This document shows, in pieces, positions 60,801-64,000 of a stretch of DNA of 64,000 nt. Made by a program: the position numbers and the translations under genes. The notes beneath the pieces were generated by a model. It was given only the letters and a program-made list of their open reading frames with translations, was not told the origin of the DNA and ran no database searches. Source of the stretch: Salisapilia sapeloensis CBS 127946 (lineage: Eukaryota > Protista > Oomycota); contig JAADVB010000035.1 in NCBI GenBank assembly GCA_023334545.1, forward strand, positions 1 through 64,000, written 5' to 3'. The number at the start of each line of letters is the position of its first letter. Position 1 is the first letter of the stretch.

Positions 60801-62856
60801 GATCAATAAGCAGGCAGCAGAAGAAGTGCCGACACCAGGAAATGCAAAAACATTGATCTTGCTTGCTCAAGTGCTTCACCTTGGATTGAACGATACGGTT
60901 GCCCGAGTCTTCCAATGCTCTCTTCGGTTGTTTCAGCTCGTGACGACCGAGTTTCTACCCATCCTTGGAGGCAACGAGAATACTTTAGAAGACTTTCTGA
61001 AGGTTCCCACTCGACTTGTAATGCAGAAACTTGCAGACACAAAACAAAGACTTCGAACTGATTGCTTCACATTGCTGCATTCGATGGCATCCCTTCGTCA
61101 CATTGGCACACGACGGATTTGTCTTCTCCTTATAGAACAATACGAAGAAGCTGTACAAGAGAATACTTCATTGTCGAACTCTCCATTATTTGTAGCAGAA
61201 ACGTTACGGTTACTTGCTCTCCTAGTGCATGAAGCAGGGCAGATTCATGTGCCACTTTCGCTACAGCCGATTCTCACCTTCATTGCGCCAGCTTTTGCAA
61301 ACAAGCACTTTGATGTCCGAAATGCAGCAACCGATGCATACGCTGCCGTATGTGAAGCTGCAAAACGAGATGAAAACACAAGTGAAAGCGAAACCTTGGA
61401 CTTGCAGAGTGTGCTGAAGGAAGCACCGCCAGCAATGCGCAATAACATACTACAGAACCTTTACCAATCGAGCAATGCGCATGGTAATTCGACATCACCG
61501 CGGACAACCAATGAAGATAACAACAGTGAATCAAACAAAACCGCCTCAACGCCTCATGCATTCGATACAACGCGCTTGGAGCAGATCTTGCCGTCCGAAC
61601 AAATCCAACAGCTCTTAAGTAGCGAGAGTATCGACCGAAGCCAAGCCGTTTACAACATCATTCAAACACTAGTCGATCGTCCAGCAGATAAGAATCTTCT
61701 TGGTTCGTGGGAACCACTGACACTACTTTCAAAGCAGTTGCTGACCGATACATCTTGTGCCGTACGTATTGCCTCTTTCGCTCTATTAAAGCTAATTGTC
61801 AGTTCGCCATCTATCGACGCGCTTAACCAGCCAGGATACGGCATTCCTTGGGGAGAATGGGGTGTGAATCTCATTGTAACGTCGACAGTGCGAACTGTCA
61901 TTCAGCAAAGTGGGCATGAAAGTGTTCGTGTTCGTGCAATGGTACCCCCTCTACTACGATCTCTAATGACGAAAGGTTCAACGGGGAGAAATGCAGTGTG
62001 CAATTCTATCCTCAGTATCCCTGAACTGATGGACCAAGACAACAATAGTTCTGTGCGCGAACGTAAGATATCCAGTTGCAAGATGCAGTGGCAATTGCTT
62101 TTGCGCCTTCTGATGGTACTCGAACTACTTACCGCTGATACCTTCACTGGCGAAAACGAGTACGACCACAGTCGTACGAGAAGAAAATCGTCACTTCAAT
62201 CAGCCACGGAAGATATTCTTACTGCAGAAAAGGTTATCCAGTTCCTTGGATCATGCCTTGGAACACCAACTCCGATGGTGAAAGAGGCAGCATTGAAAGT
62301 ATTGGAAGCCCTTCGCGAGAGAAAACCCGTAGAATACCAGTGTTATATGAGTCGTACTTGCCCTCAATCTCTGAAGAACCGCCTTGCATGCATTGAAGAA
62401 GCCTTAAACGGAAACATGGACAACAATAATGAGCAAGACGTCACTTGCGTTCGAGGTAGTCGTGCTTCGCACGTACGTCGTATTGCTGCGCTGAGGCCAC
62501 CTAGAAGTGTTCCTATGCAAGAAAAAGAAATGACTGTAGATGTGTTTCCACCTCCCAATTCTGCACCCGGAAAAGCACGGGACACTAAACGAAGCGAGGA
62601 CACAACTAATGCCGGAAATTGGGATACATTTTACCACGAAACTTCGGATGTGGATTCAAGAGAACAAACAAAGGCACCGATATGGCTTTCCAACCCATCG
62701 ACACATAAATCCGAAAGAAGGAGTTCTGCGCCAGAAGATTTTTATACCGATGTAAGACCAGAAATGGCTAATTCTTTTGGTGGCAGTGCGATCGGGCTAC
62801 TGAAAGCTCGCAGACGAAGCGTGGGTTGGAGAAACAACGATGACGACGATATATAG
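57814..62856 (+). CDS. Ankyrin-repeat protein with multiple TOG/HEAT (CEP104/CLASP-like) units, 1680 aa
   Basis: N-terminal ankyrins (GNTLFHYACNNGN, GHAPLFYASSSGN, STPLQVASFKGH, DTPLHFAVAEGQ). Repeated TOG-start motifs KSNAWKVRVEG, FSNAWAPRVEA, LDKEWSQREAA, each followed by HEAT-like helices. Confidence 0.85.
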   Translation: MSAIDAVENQLTSKDLFDRAKRNEFQSIYPILHDGTLMSTDGSSAMQRVQEMVEPKTGNTLFHYACNNGNLEACKVLLVSTLGIDTSFINAPNFFGHAPLFYASSSGNLPLVKWLVSNGADIDADYSCLEGVKPRREDLGMSTPLQVASFKGHNVVVNFLAECNAKLDGAGWNNDTPLHFAVAEGQKDVTRLLLQYGADIHAKNDRGETPIDLASSEMRPLLERSISTYVNSEHIDDQEGDCSVDQDDDSSDSGWDQDMDTSTEDYQLVRKIFGRKTTKQLKSNAWKVRVEGIDEVTIAFDHIASGKQTIASFDAACIVLRDGLLDPVSQVASQCCNSLFRACFGAIASEASYHTKSFHNQRPIIQEIARLLLQRGAVTNEKDASEAAASLLFMVCKSTELIKYLCGYISQSVLASEPTTILSPRVDETSDQSGPKNVSWRLQLVSIKILNAIVSQYRLSNEDTGLLFEDALKLSINGVDNASVYVRTASIDLLIQCLLIRCEETKSITNPDMAYNVAKSWSDAAFKTQKKVPKPSIQAKINNGLKSALTGSKRLISRSNSQDLDSSTSANEAMLDETGFASDSTSKITSNTMSSNSIDMGDDDALPYAEPVHERFNDVSLQVTSVFGDKFSRCVFSNAWAPRVEAISFLQSKIERHQLVFTDLDSDSQEALLRALSTALAYTLNDRVNAVYEAALSLLMEVTISFSSSLVKSGNYDKLHTLVKPLIPPLLVKLGDLKARMHVATEDALLLIARRAGPQGPSLVLREAVSSDRAGSLSSQSAVCLRNKLALVSKLLLEFGVQVSDSGEDVGLAVKVVVQPAFQLCEHKDASVRELSYQIVSDALQKARQIVMPLLDNMPRGSRQKMIAKLVENGVLESDLLLEEVDDFDVACALPRPGTSSGEIRPPTASASVTKHRPPLLSTSLSSQVAGSTASSATSSRPEPLPYGAALTEEQKDEFLGLIDAFGEELVRCLLDKEWSQREAAVREVERQVKCAINKQAAEEVPTPGNAKTLILLAQVLHLGLNDTVARVFQCSLRLFQLVTTEFLPILGGNENTLEDFLKVPTRLVMQKLADTKQRLRTDCFTLLHSMASLRHIGTRRICLLLIEQYEEAVQENTSLSNSPLFVAETLRLLALLVHEAGQIHVPLSLQPILTFIAPAFANKHFDVRNAATDAYAAVCEAAKRDENTSESETLDLQSVLKEAPPAMRNNILQNLYQSSNAHGNSTSPRTTNEDNNSESNKTASTPHAFDTTRLEQILPSEQIQQLLSSESIDRSQAVYNIIQTLVDRPADKNLLGSWEPLTLLSKQLLTDTSCAVRIASFALLKLIVSSPSIDALNQPGYGIPWGEWGVNLIVTSTVRTVIQQSGHESVRVRAMVPPLLRSLMTKGSTGRNAVCNSILSIPELMDQDNNSSVRERKISSCKMQWQLLLRLLMVLELLTADTFTGENEYDHSRTRRKSSLQSATEDILTAEKVIQFLGSCLGTPTPMVKEAALKVLEALRERKPVEYQCYMSRTCPQSLKNRLACIEEALNGNMDNNNEQDVTCVRGSRASHVRRIAALRPPRSVPMQEKEMTVDVFPPPNSAPGKARDTKRSEDTTNAGNWDTFYHETSDVDSREQTKAPIWLSNPSTHKSERRSSAPEDFYTDVRPEMANSFGGSAIGLLKARRRSVGWRNNDDDDI

Positions 62857-64000
62857 TTTCAACAATAAACTACCTTAAAAATGCTATGGCAATTGTAAGC
62901 TTCTTCGGGATGCACCTAGAAGACACATTATGCAGTTGGCACATAAATTGGTTGATATAAAGATATATTTAGATTCAGATTACTTTAGTGCTATTCTTAC
63001 TCAATCGCCCTTCGCGCTCTCCGTCATACGTAGGTCCAATATGATTTTTACATTCTCGCTTTAAAAGGTCTTACTGCACATATGGAAACTTGCATGCAAT
63101 CTAAGTTCGCAAAGATGGAATCGCGCTCTTGCCAACCTCAAATCTACACAATAGATGCAAACTAAATATTCGAGAATAGCTGGGTAGTACCCAGAAATCA
63201 GTCGTACTACCTGTATCGTCCCTGCTCGTCTTCATTATTGTACCAAACAAAGCTTACATTTCAGGAGATTGCTATTAAGCACTTGATGTCAGTGCATACG
63301 CAGGAAATCGTTAACGACTTTGACGGGTACAATGATATTAGGTTGCTGTTTTCATTCAAGGTCATTTGCGATCCACATATGTACGGCAATACTTTCGACG
63401 AAGAGGTCAAATGTTAAAATCCGTTGTTTCATTGATACGAGCCCTTCTTCGAATTGAATGTTCGTGCAATGAACAATGAAGTACATCATCGAACTGCGCT
63501 ACCTGGAAGCGATTGAGTCGAAATTAGAATGTATCGGAGTGAAAGAAAACATAATATTTTAAAATTTTATTTATACTAATATAATCTAGTTTCGATACAT
63601 GAATACCTTGGACGGGAACAACAGCCTTTTTGCTTAAATCTATCTTGCACCATCCACCAATTTTTGCTTCGAATTAGCGATACAACGAAACCGCTCGCTG
63701 GCACAGGCCACAATCAAAGTTCTCAATACTACCTACTGCCTTACACTTGCTCCTAAAGGCTTAGTTGCAAGATGGTCAAGTCGTTATTGAAGAAAGTATC
63801 GGTTTCTCTACAGTGGCGCCCTCTTCAGTTGTAGAGAACAGCACCAGCAGCAAGAAAATCGGACAATGACAAGCAGATACTGGCCAAGACTAGAACTTTC
63901 TGTGCCAGGTGTAAAGATTGATGCGAAAGATAGTCAGTTAAGAGTTGCTTGTTTGATCTCCATCGCTACTTGAAGTGATAATCATGAGACGACAGCTATT

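Noticed and set aside
62900-64000. Possible gene or element at the right end
   Set aside because: Only short interrupted frames and no recognisable repeat or RNA structure.

Overview
Gene-dense eukaryotic DNA, almost certainly from an oomycete (stramenopile). Evidence: short 48-100 nt GT-AG introns, an Inr+FPR core promoter, GAPDH with the [11 protein letters not shown] insert, and oomycete-type receptor and FYVE genes. I can support about 20 protein genes, many rebuilt by hand across introns the ORF track splits: a truncated secreted receptor-like gene, an atypical Rheb, GAPDH, ankyrin-FYVE, a small secreted Cys-rich protein, Fused/STK36, a 7429-aa intronless secreted FN3 protein, SRP19, twinfilin, a PWWP-TFIIS-like protein, RPSA, USP48, DHODH, two head-to-head class I HDAC paralogues, CFDP1/Swc5, TMEM234, a WW/EF-hand pseudokinase and an ankyrin-TOG protein. 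The main discovery candidate is the giant protein. Its FN3 domains are split in half around inserts of up to about 2200 aa. It also has runs of isolated EVQ beta-strands at 13-14 aa spacing, followed later by a similar number of module bodies lacking that strand, which suggests a nested out-and-back filament. Other highlights are the HDAC pair, which differs at the two-residue insertion known to set cyclic-tetrapeptide sensitivity in apicomplexan HDAC3, a Rheb with altered G1/G3/G4 motifs, and a dispersed pseudogene-like repeat carrying a 383-bp insert with a target-site duplication. I found no tRNA, rRNA or CRISPR array. All domain names come from motif recognition by eye, not database searches.
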